64,000 nt of DNA from Acidobacteriota bacterium (GCA_965205565.1 CBDBID010000040.1:111451-175450), one strand, 5' to 3'; shown: positions 39,395-49,542, counted from the first letter of the stretch. The notes: generated from the sequence alone by a model not told the origin. Numbers and translations are program-made.

Positions 39395-40500
39395 GTTGAA
39401 TCCGCATTCACCATATGTAGCCCGACATCTGCTTCCTTGTAATCTATATAACTATCTATAAGTAAAGAAGATATGGAGAATAAATGGAGCAAGAAATGGC
39501 CGACCCCAAGGGTCAGCGTTTGAAGCTTGGTTTTAATAGTAGTTTAAAGCTGGAATTTGATGCGAACTAAGGTCACTTCGCATGCCGGGCTCCTCGCCTA
39601 TCGGAGCCTGGATAAATCCTTAGGTCTATTTGATCGTGTACCTTCCGTTGTTCAGGATCTGCGGACCGGGCGTAACGTCCAGCACGACCTTCCGGCCATG
39701 CTACGCCCCGGTAACGTGCACAGTTCGCGGATGGCTGGAAGGAGCTGCTGGAACCGATCGTCAAACTTGTTCCGAGTCGAAAACCGTCCTGGCAAATACT
39801 TTCGCGGGGATGCCGCTTTCGCCAAGCCGGAGATCTGATGAATGCCTGGAGGAGAAGGGCTTCTTGTATGCCATCCGGCTTCCGGCCAATGAGGTGCTTC
39901 AGGCAAAGATTGAAACCCTGCTAACCCGGCTCGTGGCTTGCCCACCCAGAAAGCCCATCGTCTGGTTTGCCGATTTCACCTATCCAGCCGCCAGTTGGGG
40001 CCGGCAATCTGTCGGGTCATTGCCAAGGTGGAGTGGCATCGCGGGGTCCGCTTTACGAGAGTCGGTTAAATCGTGACCCATCTGAACGCACAAGCCTCCG
40101 GGTTGGTTCACTTTTACAATAGACGTGTCACGGCTTCGAGCAGCGGATCAAGAATAGGCAAGTCTTCCCTGAATCTGGTCCAGAACTGTCCTGCCATGCG
40201 CCCTGTCCCGAATCATGTCAGGTTGGCCCTGTTTGTCTTGGCCTCTCGGATTGACCGCTTGAGATGGAGTACGGCTTAAGCGTCGAGTGTTTCCGACCAA
40301 CGCAGGTGGAGAAGTGTCTCCGCTTATCGGATTTTGCCAAGATGACCTGGAGAATCGAGGGATCAGAGGCCTTTTTCAGCCGACCCATGAGGGCAAACAC
40401 TTGCTCCTTCTGGTCGGAGCTGGCTGATAGGTTTTGATTTCCACCACGGTTGAGACCCGAAGAAGGTTCAGTCACAGGCTGATATGAGGAATGTCGGTTG
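39395..40500 (+). mobile_element. IS1380-family element, decayed copy 3 (frameshifts and internal deletions)
   Basis: 5' IR-like GAATCCGCATTCACCATATG; transposase fragments MADPKGQRLKLG..., KVTSHAGLLAYRSLDKSLGLFD, FLYAIRLPANEVLQAKIE, ...VLASRIDRLRWSTA; 3' tail identical in type to copies 1 and 2 (ends ...GATATGAGGAATGTCGGTT). Confidence 0.65.
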
Positions 40501-41059
40501 ATAGCAGTCATGCCATTTGGTTTTGCTTCTCCCCAGCTACTAGTCTCTTTCTCGTTCAATTTTTCGCACAGCTGTGCTGACGTCATCGCCTTTGGATTGT
40601 CAGCTTCCTCAACGGCTTGTTTCAGATCACGGAGATGCAACGTCCCCAAATCTTCAGCGTTTCGATACCACCCAGGGCTTCTGCGGCATTCAGTGCCATG
40701 TCCTCGCACCCTGCAAGCTTGGCTATGGTGAACGCAGTGCCCCAGTTATCACAGGGCCTATCAGGCAACCACTCCGGTCGTGAAGCATCGCGTTGGGCAG
40801 TCTCAAATGCTTCCTTGAGATCATCGGTCCAACGCTTGATTTTCTGAGCTAATACAGCACCCGCTTTTACGTACACATTTGAATTACAAGGTTCTATCTT
40901 CTCGGCCTTGGGCTTCTTTTGAAGTTCGATAACCAGAGAGCAGTCCATGAGCGTGGCAGCGAGTGGTTTGATTGAAGCTATAGCGCGTGAGACCGTACGC
41001 ATCATATGTTTTAATCTAGTCGTTATCCTTACGGCTGATCCGGCGAACTTTTTGGTCAT
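40501..41059 (-). pseudogene. hypothetical gene truncated by the IS1380 copy-3 tail and carrying one frameshift
   Basis: Two overlapping minus-strand ORFs (40622-41059 and 40218-40709); the second runs into the IS tail sequence. Confidence 0.3.
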
Positions 41060-41234
41060 TGATATATCGCCGCATTTATAAGCCTAACCATTTCTTGATT
41101 GCCATATCTTCCAGAAAGTTGCTCGCCTTCATCGATAAGAAAAGTCGGATGGCTTTGTTCATTGAGCCTAAATAAGACAGCAGTTGTAATTCCTGCGCTC
41201 ATCTATTCAAATCAGGTCTTGTACAAACTAGCTC

Positions 41235-42686
41235 TAGCAGTCCGTGGTGGAAGTACGTTTTCTGAGCTCAGGTGGTACCCACCGGTGGAAGCAGCGAAGG
41301 GGTCGCTGAGGTGGGTTTTTCGGGCCAAGCAGCCGGAATCAGTCCGAACAGGACCTTAAGACGCTTGAACAGCGACAAAATCAGTAGCATTAGGGCGCAA
41401 ATCCGCCCCTGCAGACCCCGCGGCGTTCCCACACCCAGGCTCTGACGCATCAGCATCCCCAGATTGAAGGCGCTCACCTGGATCAGCAGTCGCTTCAACA
41501 CATTCTCATGTCCCCGTACATGCAGCCGTCTCATCCCTCCGCTCCCGTACAGATGCGCACAGGGTCGCTCCAGCTGCTCTCCTCGTTGCTGCAGCAGCCG
41601 CTGCCCTCGCTCTCCCCGGATGCGCCGCCGATTCGCATACACCGCTTCCTGCCCCTGCCGGTCTCCTCGCCAGCGTCGCTTCCCTCGCCTCGGTTCGCTC
41701 ACATAGCTGCGCAGTCCCACCGCATCCAGGTCCACCATCCGCTGCGTGCTGTGATACCCCTTGTCGGCCACCACCTCTTCGATGCCTCGTCCCTCCGGCA
41801 GCGCTTGTTCCACCTTCTCGACCGCTTCCGTCAGGGTCTTCACCATGGTCTGCGTGTCCCCTTGATCGGCTCCCTGTACCGTCACCGAGACAATCGCTCC
41901 GGTCTCCAGATCCACTGCATGCTCCGCCTTGTGCGCCAGGTGCGTCCGCCCGTCCTTCATTCTGGTAATCCGCGCATCCGCATCATGCGGGTGCTTCCAA
42001 ACCCGGTTCGATCCTTTGCCCGTGCGCTTGCGGTCCAGTTTGGCCAGATCTTCCCGTCGCGGCGTCTCAATCCCGGAGGCTTTCGCCAGCTCCATCAAAA
42101 ACTCTTCATACCCCTGCTCGCTGTCCCCGCGCACGATGCTGCGCAGCGCTGCATTCGCTTCCAGCGTAGTGGCATCGATGCCGATCGTCTTGCCCCGCAG
42201 CAGGCCGCTCGCCCCGATCCGCTTCAGTACCCAGTCAAAGACTGCTTCGTGGGTAGCCACATCGATCAGTCGTCGGGTTCGGGAGATCGTGGAGTGATCA
42301 GACGGCGACTCGCTCACTTTCAATCCCAGAAACTCTCGCAGTCCCAGAGAATCAGCTGCTCTCCAGGCAATTCCTCGTTCCGATCCGATCCCTTCGAAAT
42401 ACCCCACCAGCAGCAGCCGAAAGTACACTCCCGGAGCCAGGCTCGGTCGCCCCATCTTGTCTGCATAGAACTTCGCACACAGTCCCTCCACGAAGTCGTC
42501 AAAGCCGTGTTCGTTGAAAAGGCCATTCAGTCTTTCGTAGAAGGGATGGCCGGCGGTGTGGGGCAGCTCACTGGTGGCGACCCACAGGTCTTCTTGCTGT
42601 CGACGTTTCTTTTTCCCCATTGCCATGGGGTCAGTCTAGTGTCGCTGTGTGACCCCTTATCCTCGACTTTCACCACGGGCTGCTAG
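41235..42686 (-). mobile_element. IS5/IS1182-family insertion sequence, copy B (1452 bp)
   Basis: Same IRs as copy A; 4 aa differences in the transposase; same orientation as copy A (direct repeats ~29.5 kb apart). Confidence 0.8.
41268..42626 (-). CDS. IS5/IS1182-family transposase (452 aa)
   Basis: Near-identical to 10316-11674. Confidence 0.8.
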   Translation of the reverse strand: MAMGKKKRRQQEDLWVATSELPHTAGHPFYERLNGLFNEHGFDDFVEGLCAKFYADKMGRPSLAPGVYFRLLLVGYFEGIGSERGIAWRAADSLGLREFLGLKVSESPSDHSTISRTRRLIDVATHEAVFDWVLKRIGASGLLRGKTIGIDATTLEANAALRSIVRGDSEQGYEEFLMELAKASGIETPRREDLAKLDRKRTGKGSNRVWKHPHDADARITRMKDGRTHLAHKAEHAVDLETGAIVSVTVQGADQGDTQTMVKTLTEAVEKVEQALPEGRGIEEVVADKGYHSTQRMVDLDAVGLRSYVSEPRRGKRRWRGDRQGQEAVYANRRRIRGERGQRLLQQRGEQLERPCAHLYGSGGMRRLHVRGHENVLKRLLIQVSAFNLGMLMRQSLGVGTPRGLQGRICALMLLILSLFKRLKVLFGLIPAAWPEKPTSATPSLLPPVGTT

Positions 42687-43073
42687 GAGAGTAAGAAGGT
42701 TTGACTTTCCACACCCCGAGGTAGGACTAATAACGGTATCTCTGTCGTCGTCAGCCTTCTTGATTGGGGACAAATCTATCAATTTCTTCCCGGAACCAAG
42801 TAACCACTACCCAAAGAGCCACCAGTGTCGAGCCGGTAACTGTTCCATATACATATACGAGCCAAACCATTCACTGATGTTCTTTCAAAACGAGAGGAGC
42901 CTTCGACAGGATTCGGATAGGGGGTAACAGGGGGGACTGCGTCATCGTGCTTAAGGGCTTTGCGCTTCAGGCATGCTTAATAGCTGGCGTCCACCAGTCG
43001 AGCAGGCGCATCCACGCCACCCTCTTTTAGAGCGTCTATTGCTCCGAGAACGCAGTATCTCGCGACCTAAATT

Positions 43074-43099
43074 GGGTAACTACTTACTTGACATACCAA
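43074..43099. repeat. left terminal inverted repeat of the IS1595-family unit
   Basis: GGGTAACTACTTACTTGACATACCAA; reverse complement present at 46829-46854. Confidence 0.7.
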
Positions 43100-43125
43100 A
43101 ATAACCCTGCTATTATTGTCTCATC

Positions 43126-44079
43126 ATGAGGTATCCAAAGTCATTAGTTGAGGCTGTCCGGTTCTTTTCAGACTTTGAGCGTTGCCGCCAATACATGGTG
43201 AAACTTCGCTGGCCCGACGGCAAGGTGACTTGCCCACGGTGCGGCGGGGATCGAGTCAAGTGGCTGGCAAAGGCTCGGGTATGGAAGTGCTACGCAAAGC
43301 ACAAGCAGCCCACCTTCACGCTCAAGACGGGAACGATCTTCGAGGAATCTCCTATCGGTCTGGACAAGTGGACTACGGCAATCTGGCTGGTCGCAAATTG
43401 CAAAAACGGGATTTCTTCTCTTGAGATGGCCCGCCATCTGGGAGTGACCCAGAAGACGGCATGGTTCATGAATCACCGCATCCGCAAGGCCATGCAGGAC
43501 GGGTCGTTCGTCAAGCTGGGCGGAGAGATCGAAGTCGATGAGACATTCATCGGTGGAAAGGCTCGCAATATGCACGTCTCCGCAAGGAAGCGCCGGATCA
43601 CTGGCACTGGCGGGAAGGACAAAACCGCCGTGCTGGGAATGCTGGAACGAAACGGAAGGGTCCGAACTTCCGTGATAGAGGATCGTAAGAGGCGGACCAT
43701 CCATCCCCAGGTCCGTGACCAGGTGGAGGCCGGTTCCGCACTCTATTCCGATGAGTTACTTTCATACGAAGGGCTGGCATCCGATTACGCCCACCAGGTC
43801 ATCAATCACGCAGTCGAATACGTCAGGGGTGAGGTTCATACCAATGGCATGGAGAACTACTGGTCGCTGCTCAAGCGCGGCCTCAATGGAACCTATGTCT
43901 CGGTCGAGCCGTTTCACCTGTTCCGTTACCTAGCAGAGCAAGCCTTCCGGTTCAACAACCGCGAGGCTGAGGGTGGAGACTTCGAGCGTTTCTCGATTGC
44001 GATGGCACAGGCAGTTGGTCGCAGGCTTACTTATGACGAACTGTCGGGGAGGGCACCTAGTCAAGCGACGGTTAACTAA
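43126..44079 (+). CDS. IS1595-family transposase (317 aa)
   Basis: Zinc ribbon CPRCGGDRVKWLAKARVWKC and DDE region EVDETFIGGKARNMH; diverged from the 12115-13062 copy. Confidence 0.75.
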   Translation: MRYPKSLVEAVRFFSDFERCRQYMVKLRWPDGKVTCPRCGGDRVKWLAKARVWKCYAKHKQPTFTLKTGTIFEESPIGLDKWTTAIWLVANCKNGISSLEMARHLGVTQKTAWFMNHRIRKAMQDGSFVKLGGEIEVDETFIGGKARNMHVSARKRRITGTGGKDKTAVLGMLERNGRVRTSVIEDRKRRTIHPQVRDQVEAGSALYSDELLSYEGLASDYAHQVINHAVEYVRGEVHTNGMENYWSLLKRGLNGTYVSVEPFHLFRYLAEQAFRFNNREAEGGDFERFSIAMAQAVGRRLTYDELSGRAPSQATVN

Positions 44080-44338
44080 GAAGGAGTCCGAGAGGCAGGG
44101 TCGCGGGAAGCGCCGCGACCGCTAAAGATTGATTTCATCACTGTTTGGAATCTTCTGAACGCCTCCGGCCCTTCGATCATGTTCAGCTCACTTGCCGATT
44201 TCTTGGCCTTCTGCTGAGAAGATGAGCGACTGGTACTCGCCTTAGCTTCTCTTTGCCGTGGTGGTCTTCCCAAGCGATCCTCCTCTCGAAGCAACTTTCC
44301 CCAAGAAAAGTGCATCTTACACTTTTTCAGGGAGGTTT

Positions 44339-45154
44339 TCAATCATGGGTACCGCTTTCGCAACCAAAGACCTTGGAATCAAACTCGCCAATGATCTCGG
44401 AGACACGTGTCCAGGTTTTCCAGAGAAGTTGTACAAGGTTCCATCTAACCCCGGAGACAAGGTGGAACTTCTCAAACCCTACCGAGAAGCAAGGATATGC
44501 CTTTATCTCCTCGTCCGCTCGGCCAACGGGGAACGTTCCAAAAATCACCTCATCTTCTTTCAGCAACGCGTTCCCGTCCACGTGGAACAGCGGTGTGCTC
44601 TTGTTCCCTGTGTGTGCGGCCAATGTGCCGAACACAATAAGCGTTGTGGGGATGATTCTATGCTTGTCGGTGTTGTGGAGTTCTCTGAGAACCCAGAGCA
44701 TATCATCGTGCGGGGCACGGGGGATTCGTTCGTAAGGCTGTTCCCTCTCTATGAGAGATGCTTGGAGCGGGGATACACCTTCTATCATTCCGCCCGATCT
44801 GGATCTATACCCGCTCCTGGTTTTGAAGATGGGAAACTGGAGTCTTCCCTCTTTCTGGAGATCAAGACTGGGTTCGTTCAAAAGCACGATCTGATGAACG
44901 AGATGGTCAAGACTAGATCGCAAGTGGTACAGGGCCTCCCCGGCCAACAAGACGATATTGATATCGAGCTTGAAGCTGGGGTTTCTGACTGCGGTAAGCG
45001 TTACGGCGGGACTCCCTTTCTCCGATTTTTCATCGACTCGGATGGTGTATGGTTCACGCTTTGTAAGCTGGTCAAGGTGCCCATTCAGGTCGTTGATTAT
45101 GGTTTTGGCCCGTTCAATTTTGAGGCGGATTCCTTCTAGCGGATCAATCATCAC
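44339..45154 (-). CDS. hypothetical passenger protein (271 aa), co-operonic with the methyltransferase-HNH gene
   Basis: Its start overlaps the MTase stop (ATGA, 45151-45154); contains RELHNTDKHR (possible HEPN-like Rx4-6H); is fully overlapped by an antisense 293-aa ORF. Confidence 0.4.
   Translation of the reverse strand: MMIDPLEGIRLKIERAKTIINDLNGHLDQLTKREPYTIRVDEKSEKGSPAVTLTAVRNPSFKLDINIVLLAGEALYHLRSSLDHLVHQIVLLNEPSLDLQKEGRLQFPIFKTRSGYRSRSGGMIEGVSPLQASLIEREQPYERIPRAPHDDMLWVLRELHNTDKHRIIPTTLIVFGTLAAHTGNKSTPLFHVDGNALLKEDEVIFGTFPVGRADEEIKAYPCFSVGFEKFHLVSGVRWNLVQLLWKTWTRVSEIIGEFDSKVFGCESGTHD
44345..45139 (+). CDS. alternative antisense ORF (264 aa from the ATG at 44345) overlapping the 271-aa gene
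   Basis: GGGAGG RBS 8 nt upstream of the ATG; a stop-free stretch of ~290 codons in ~50% GC DNA is unexpected by chance. Confidence 0.25.
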   Translation: MGTAFATKDLGIKLANDLGDTCPGFPEKLYKVPSNPGDKVELLKPYREARICLYLLVRSANGERSKNHLIFFQQRVPVHVEQRCALVPCVCGQCAEHNKRCGDDSMLVGVVEFSENPEHIIVRGTGDSFVRLFPLYERCLERGYTFYHSARSGSIPAPGFEDGKLESSLFLEIKTGFVQKHDLMNEMVKTRSQVVQGLPGQQDDIDIELEAGVSDCGKRYGGTPFLRFFIDSDGVWFTLCKLVKVPIQVVDYGFGPFNFEADSF

Positions 45155-46801
45155 TCAAAAAGGCTCGGATTCATCTCGTGTTCCCGCCGGATCTTCCGCA
45201 TGATCGGGTTCTCTCTTTCTGAATCCGCCATGTAGCCCAGCTTCTTGTTCTGCCTTCTCAGTCCGATCAGCGTTAGCGTGTTGCTCTTGAGCCGGTTGCA
45301 CGGGCTGCAGAGCAGAATCCGGTTTGACAGTTCGTTCGAGCCGCCGTCCGAGCGCGGCTGCCGGTGGTCCAGTTCCAGGTAACGGGGATCGTCAAACTTC
45401 CGGTCGCACCCCTGGCACTTGGGGCCGTGCTCGATGATGAGCTGGTGAAACATCGCCGTCCGGCTGAGGGTGGATTCTCTCGGCTCGTGCTTGGAGTATT
45501 TCACCTTGAGGAATGGGGCCGCAATCTGTCCGTCATCGGTGCGCTTTGGGGTCCGCTTACGATAGTAAATCTTATCGAACGCAAGCTTGTCCCTAGCGTG
45601 TCCCTTCACCTCAAAATACTCTTCCCTGAATCTGTCCAGAACTACCTCATGCGCCCTGTCCCAAATGTCAATGCCTACCCATTGGCGATCAGCCAACTCA
45701 GCCGCAACGCAGGTAGTCGCACAGCCACAGAAGGGGTCAAGCACCATGCTTCCCTTCTTGGAGCTGGCTTGGTTGATTCGGTTGTAAAGGGTTAGTGGCT
45801 TCTGTGTTGCGTAGCCGGTGCTTTCATCTTTCCCGGCAGGTGCAATGTCGGTCCACAGATTGGGAACGGCTTGTTGCGGAATGCCTTGCAAATAGCGTTT
45901 GAGTCTCGGCTTTCCGTTGCGTGTCCAGTGTATTAACCCTACCTTGTCTAGTGCGTGGCACTTGCCGAGTTGGTCAAGTTTGCTGTAGCCGCTTCCCAAC
46001 AAGTCTTTTTCCCAATCTGGCAGTTTCGATATTTGCGGTGGCGCCCATGCTCTCCCGGCTGGCGGCGGCATGTCATTGAACGCCCTATAAGCCTCTTCGC
46101 TGCCCGCCTTGCCGCCGCTTAAATCAGTTGTTGTAAATCGTCCGCGCTCATCTTTTTGGGTGTAAAGAGCATCAATCTGATCTTCTGTCATGGGCGTATA
46201 GTCTCCCCTGAAAACGAACTTGCCGCTTTTCGGGTAGAACAGGATGCAATCCGTGATCGCTTCGTACTTGCGAATGGACAGCGGGTGTGCGTTGGTGCGT
46301 CTCCAAACAATCTCATTCTTGAAGCTCTTCCACCCGAATATCGCATCCATAGATCGCCTTGAGGTAGTGGCTGGCCGTGGGGTCGCAGTGGAGGTACAGC
46401 GAACCGGTAGGCTTTAACACGCGGTGCATTTCCAAGAGCCGCACGGCCATGAAACACAGAAAGGCTCCCATGTCTGACCCAACTTCCTCCCTGGACCGTT
46501 TCAGGTTCTTCTTGGTCTGTCTCATGTAGATCGCGTTAGCCGCGTCAATCACTTCCCAGACAGGAGGGAAATCGTCTTTGATCTTGTCCACCCAGTCTTG
46601 ATGCACGTCCCGATCCCAGGACCAGCGGTCCTGAAATCGTGCACCCTGTGCTAGGCTGTCGGGCGTGGCGTGAAAGTCTCGACCCTTGTTGAACGGTGGA
46701 TCGGTGGCGATGAGGTCCACGGTCCCGCTGTTCATGGCACGAAGGAACAACAGGTTATCGCCGTGGAATAGAGTGCGGTTTTTCCAGTTGGCTGTAGGCA
46801 T
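45151..46801 (-). CDS. N4/N6 DNA methyltransferase (PF01555 type) fused to a C-terminal HNH endonuclease domain; frameshift in the 46313-46350 overlap
   Basis: N-terminal part (46313-46801): DLIATDPPFN (motif IV). C-terminal part (45151-46350): DPFCGCATT (motif I) then ELDHRQPRSDGGSNELSNRILLCSPCNRLKS (HNH). The two ORFs overlap by 38 nt in different frames. Confidence 0.6.
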
Positions 46802-46828
46802 CCCAGAAGGGATGCTAGACTAGGTATG

Positions 46829-46854
46829 TTGGTATGTCAAGTAAGTAGTTACCC
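46829..46854. repeat. right terminal inverted repeat of the IS1595-family unit
   Basis: TTGGTATGTCAAGTAAGTAGTTACCC is the reverse complement of 43074-43099. Confidence 0.7.
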
Positions 46855-46930
46855 TAAATTGTCTAGACTTTCTGCTTCCTTTTTCACATCAAGCAAATAG
46901 GCTTCTACTTTATCGATGTCCAAGGTTTTC

Positions 46931-47764
46931 TTATCCAAAGTGGTGTTTCTTCTTCTCGTTAAGGAAAGCACCAATTTCCCCAGGTTGGTAAGGGACAACA
47001 GCGCCTATTGTCCCGGGGGCGTAACGAGAAAGACTGGCAGAGATTGTTTCGATTTCATGATCTTGAATTGGCGGATCAACATGGTATTTCTTGATTATGA
47101 GAAGACATTCGAAGATTGCCTCTCGACACAGACCTACCCTTCGAAGCGTTCCTCCGATACTAGTAAGTGTTGCGTTTCTCTTGCCCTTGGAGATCATCCC
47201 TTTCTCTCCGCTTATTACTTGTCTAGCGGGTGCTTCCAACAAAAGCGGGAGCAGGAAACCACGCAGAGGAGCTAATCGGACTTTATTAGCCCATTGATAT
47301 TTATTTCCATTAACATGAACTGAAGGCGGAACCACGACGTAGCCACCCTCACCACGGACGTCTATCCGCTCTCGGAATCCTGTCTTGTTGCGGATCAATT
47401 GGCCTTCGGGATACTCGAAAAACAGCTGTGATCCTCTTCCAGTTTTCTGTTCCAGGGTTTCGGGAAACCTACCCAGCTCGTTTTGTAATTCGTAGAAAGC
47501 TTCTTGTCGATCAATATCTAGAACCACTAAACCTGAAGCCTCTCCTGTAGGCATTCCGATGTTCGCTTTAGGCCATTGCTCCAACCAATCTTTTATGACT
47601 GATGCGTCACAAGTGGCGTCTTTTAACCCTCGGCTTGTCAGCGGGTGCTTTCCTGGACTTGAGCACTTCGCCTTTCCACAGGAACAGGCTCTGTCCTCAG
47701 GCCAGTAGAGAGGAAGAATTAGCTTTCCCTTCTTGGCGTATTTAAGTGCTTCCTTGAATGTCAT
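46931..47764 (-). CDS. bifunctional DNA primase/polymerase (Prim-Pol) N-terminal domain protein
   Basis: LPLYWPEDRACSCGKAKCSSPGKHPL...ANIGMPTGEASGLVVLDIDR matches the PF09250 pattern; typical of plasmids, phages and integrative elements. Confidence 0.55.
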   Translation of the reverse strand: MTFKEALKYAKKGKLILPLYWPEDRACSCGKAKCSSPGKHPLTSRGLKDATCDASVIKDWLEQWPKANIGMPTGEASGLVVLDIDRQEAFYELQNELGRFPETLEQKTGRGSQLFFEYPEGQLIRNKTGFRERIDVRGEGGYVVVPPSVHVNGNKYQWANKVRLAPLRGFLLPLLLEAPARQVISGEKGMISKGKRNATLTSIGGTLRRVGLCREAIFECLLIIKKYHVDPPIQDHEIETISASLSRYAPGTIGAVVPYQPGEIGAFLNEKKKHHFG

Positions 47765-48108
47765 TTCTTCGCTAGAGGCTTTAATAGAGATCCTGGGTTG
47801 AGCGACTTTAGCTTTGCTGGTGTTGTTTCCAGCGCTGTAGAGAACTTCTCTATTTCTTTGTTTTCGGCTTTGATATGTCCGTTTTCAATCAATGAATTTT
47901 TTAAGAGGGGATGCCAGTCTTTTCAGCCAAGTCCCACTGCGTCAGGCCAGCCCAGTGTCGAGCGACTTTTAATGATTTCATGCCTCCCATTACATCCAAT
48001 ATAGGGGTTAACAGCAAACTAATTTGTTAGTAATTATAAGAAAATAACGGATATCCGGAACTATCCGGCCCTAAGTCCGGCCCTGCTGGTTAAAATCGAT
48101 GGGAAGGG

Positions 48109-48609
48109 TTACGAGGAGGTAGATTCACCACGTTTCGCAAGAAGCTTTAGGAGGGACTCTGATTTAATTGAACCAGTAGGGAGTTTCTCTAGTTTTCCCT
48201 GTTTCTCAAGCTTACGGATCCACCTAGTTCCAACGCGGAGGCGCTCAGCAGCCATCACCTGAGTAACCTTGAAATCCACTTGAAGACTCTGATCTATCTC
48301 CCGCATGCGATCATTGTTTACGGATTTGTATCGACCTAGCTCATTTGGCAGTTCTTGTTTTATGGCTACCGACAGTGCTCGAGCGTTCTCGTCAGTACGT
48401 ACTCCTTCTTCTCTAAGATTTCGGTCTGTGTCACTCAGTAGTTTGTCGAAGCAGTATTGTGCACTGAATCTATCAATAGGTATTTTTTCCATGAAGATAT
48501 GCCCGCCAGTCACTTTCAAAGTGGTCCACATTCCAAACTGTACTGATCTCTTTAAACCACTTGTCGAAGGTGTAGTTGAGCATAGCTGGGTTGCTTGATA
48601 GCTCTTCAT
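48109..48609 (-). CDS. hypothetical protein with C-terminal HTH (excisionase/MerR-like)
   Basis: VTQVMAAERLRVGTRWIRKLEKQGKLEKLP resembles a DNA-binding HTH; AT-rich. Confidence 0.35.
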   Translation of the reverse strand: MKSYQATQLCSTTPSTSGLKRSVQFGMWTTLKVTGGHIFMEKIPIDRFSAQYCFDKLLSDTDRNLREEGVRTDENARALSVAIKQELPNELGRYKSVNNDRMREIDQSLQVDFKVTQVMAAERLRVGTRWIRKLEKQGKLEKLPTGSIKSESLLKLLAKRGESTSS

Positions 48610-48861
48610 AAGTAATGGGGAATCCAGGGGGTCTATTATCTGCTTTTATACTGAACCCATACACCACCGCCACTCTCGTGATATTACGCACTAACCAATG
48701 AAAATCTGGCTTGTTAGGACGATCATCTACCATTTGCTATCCCCTGCCGCACAAGGGTTAGCCCCACAGCCAGTGCAGCGATCTAACCGGAGAGGATAGA
48801 TCTGACTATGGGGCCTTCAGAACACCTAATTAGACTGCCTGTTACTTAAATTCTATCGCTT

Positions 48862-49542
48862 CTATTTATTTGTCCCTCCCTCCTTTTGATCCGGGTTGAT
48901 CCAGGTTCTGAGAATCTGGCCGGAAGAAAAGACCGGACACTTCTTCTTCAGGTATTGAAGTCCAAGGGCATGATTTTCCTCACTTCGAGAGGCTACCGCG
49001 TCTTCGACAATCACCGGGTAATAACCGTGCTGGATCATGTCCACGGCTGTCTTGAGCACGCACCCGTCCGTCTCGCAATCCATCAATAGCAAACTTTTAA
49101 GGCCACGGCTTTTCAGCATATTATCCAGAGAAGTATTGTAGATGGCGCTGGCTCGGCTTTTCTAAATCACCATATCCTCAGCTCTGGGAGCAAGCTCGTC
49201 GACGGTTTGGGCTTCCCAGCTACCCTCCACCACATCGGAGATCCACTCCTGAGCCGAGTGCAGGAGCAGGTTAGGCCCGTCCACCAGCGTCAGGCCACCA
49301 CGATTCCTGTGAACGAACTCAGCGTAGCTTATGAGCAGTCCCAACCGGCGGCCCGCTCCCAAAATCCTGGCGATAGTGGAGATGATCCTCTGGATTCCCG
49401 AAATGTCGGTCCGATGCCTAGCATAGCCTCCCCGCTGGTCTGCAATTTCGTTCTGCATATCGATCACCAGGATGGCGCTGGAGTCAGGATTAACCAGTTC
49501 TTCCAGACTGTTCAAGACCTCTACTGCGTGGATTGTGATCAT
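48862..49542 (-). pseudogene. isochorismatase-family hydrolase interrupted by a single in-frame TAG (49162-49164)
   Basis: SAILVIDMQNEIADQRGGY (N-terminal part) and LLLMDCETDGCVLKTAVDMIQHGYYPVIVEDAVAS (C-terminal part with catalytic Cys) lie in the same frame separated only by an amber codon. Confidence 0.55.

Larger units (their letters stand above)
43075..46853 (+). mobile_element. IS1595-family transposon unit (3.78 kb) with passenger genes
   Basis: 26-bp terminal inverted repeats GG(G)TAACTACTTACTTGACATACCAA at 43074-43099 and 46829-46854 (inverted); flanked by the 8-bp direct repeat CTAAATTG (43067-43074 and 46854-46861); IS1595-type transposase at the left end. Confidence 0.7.
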
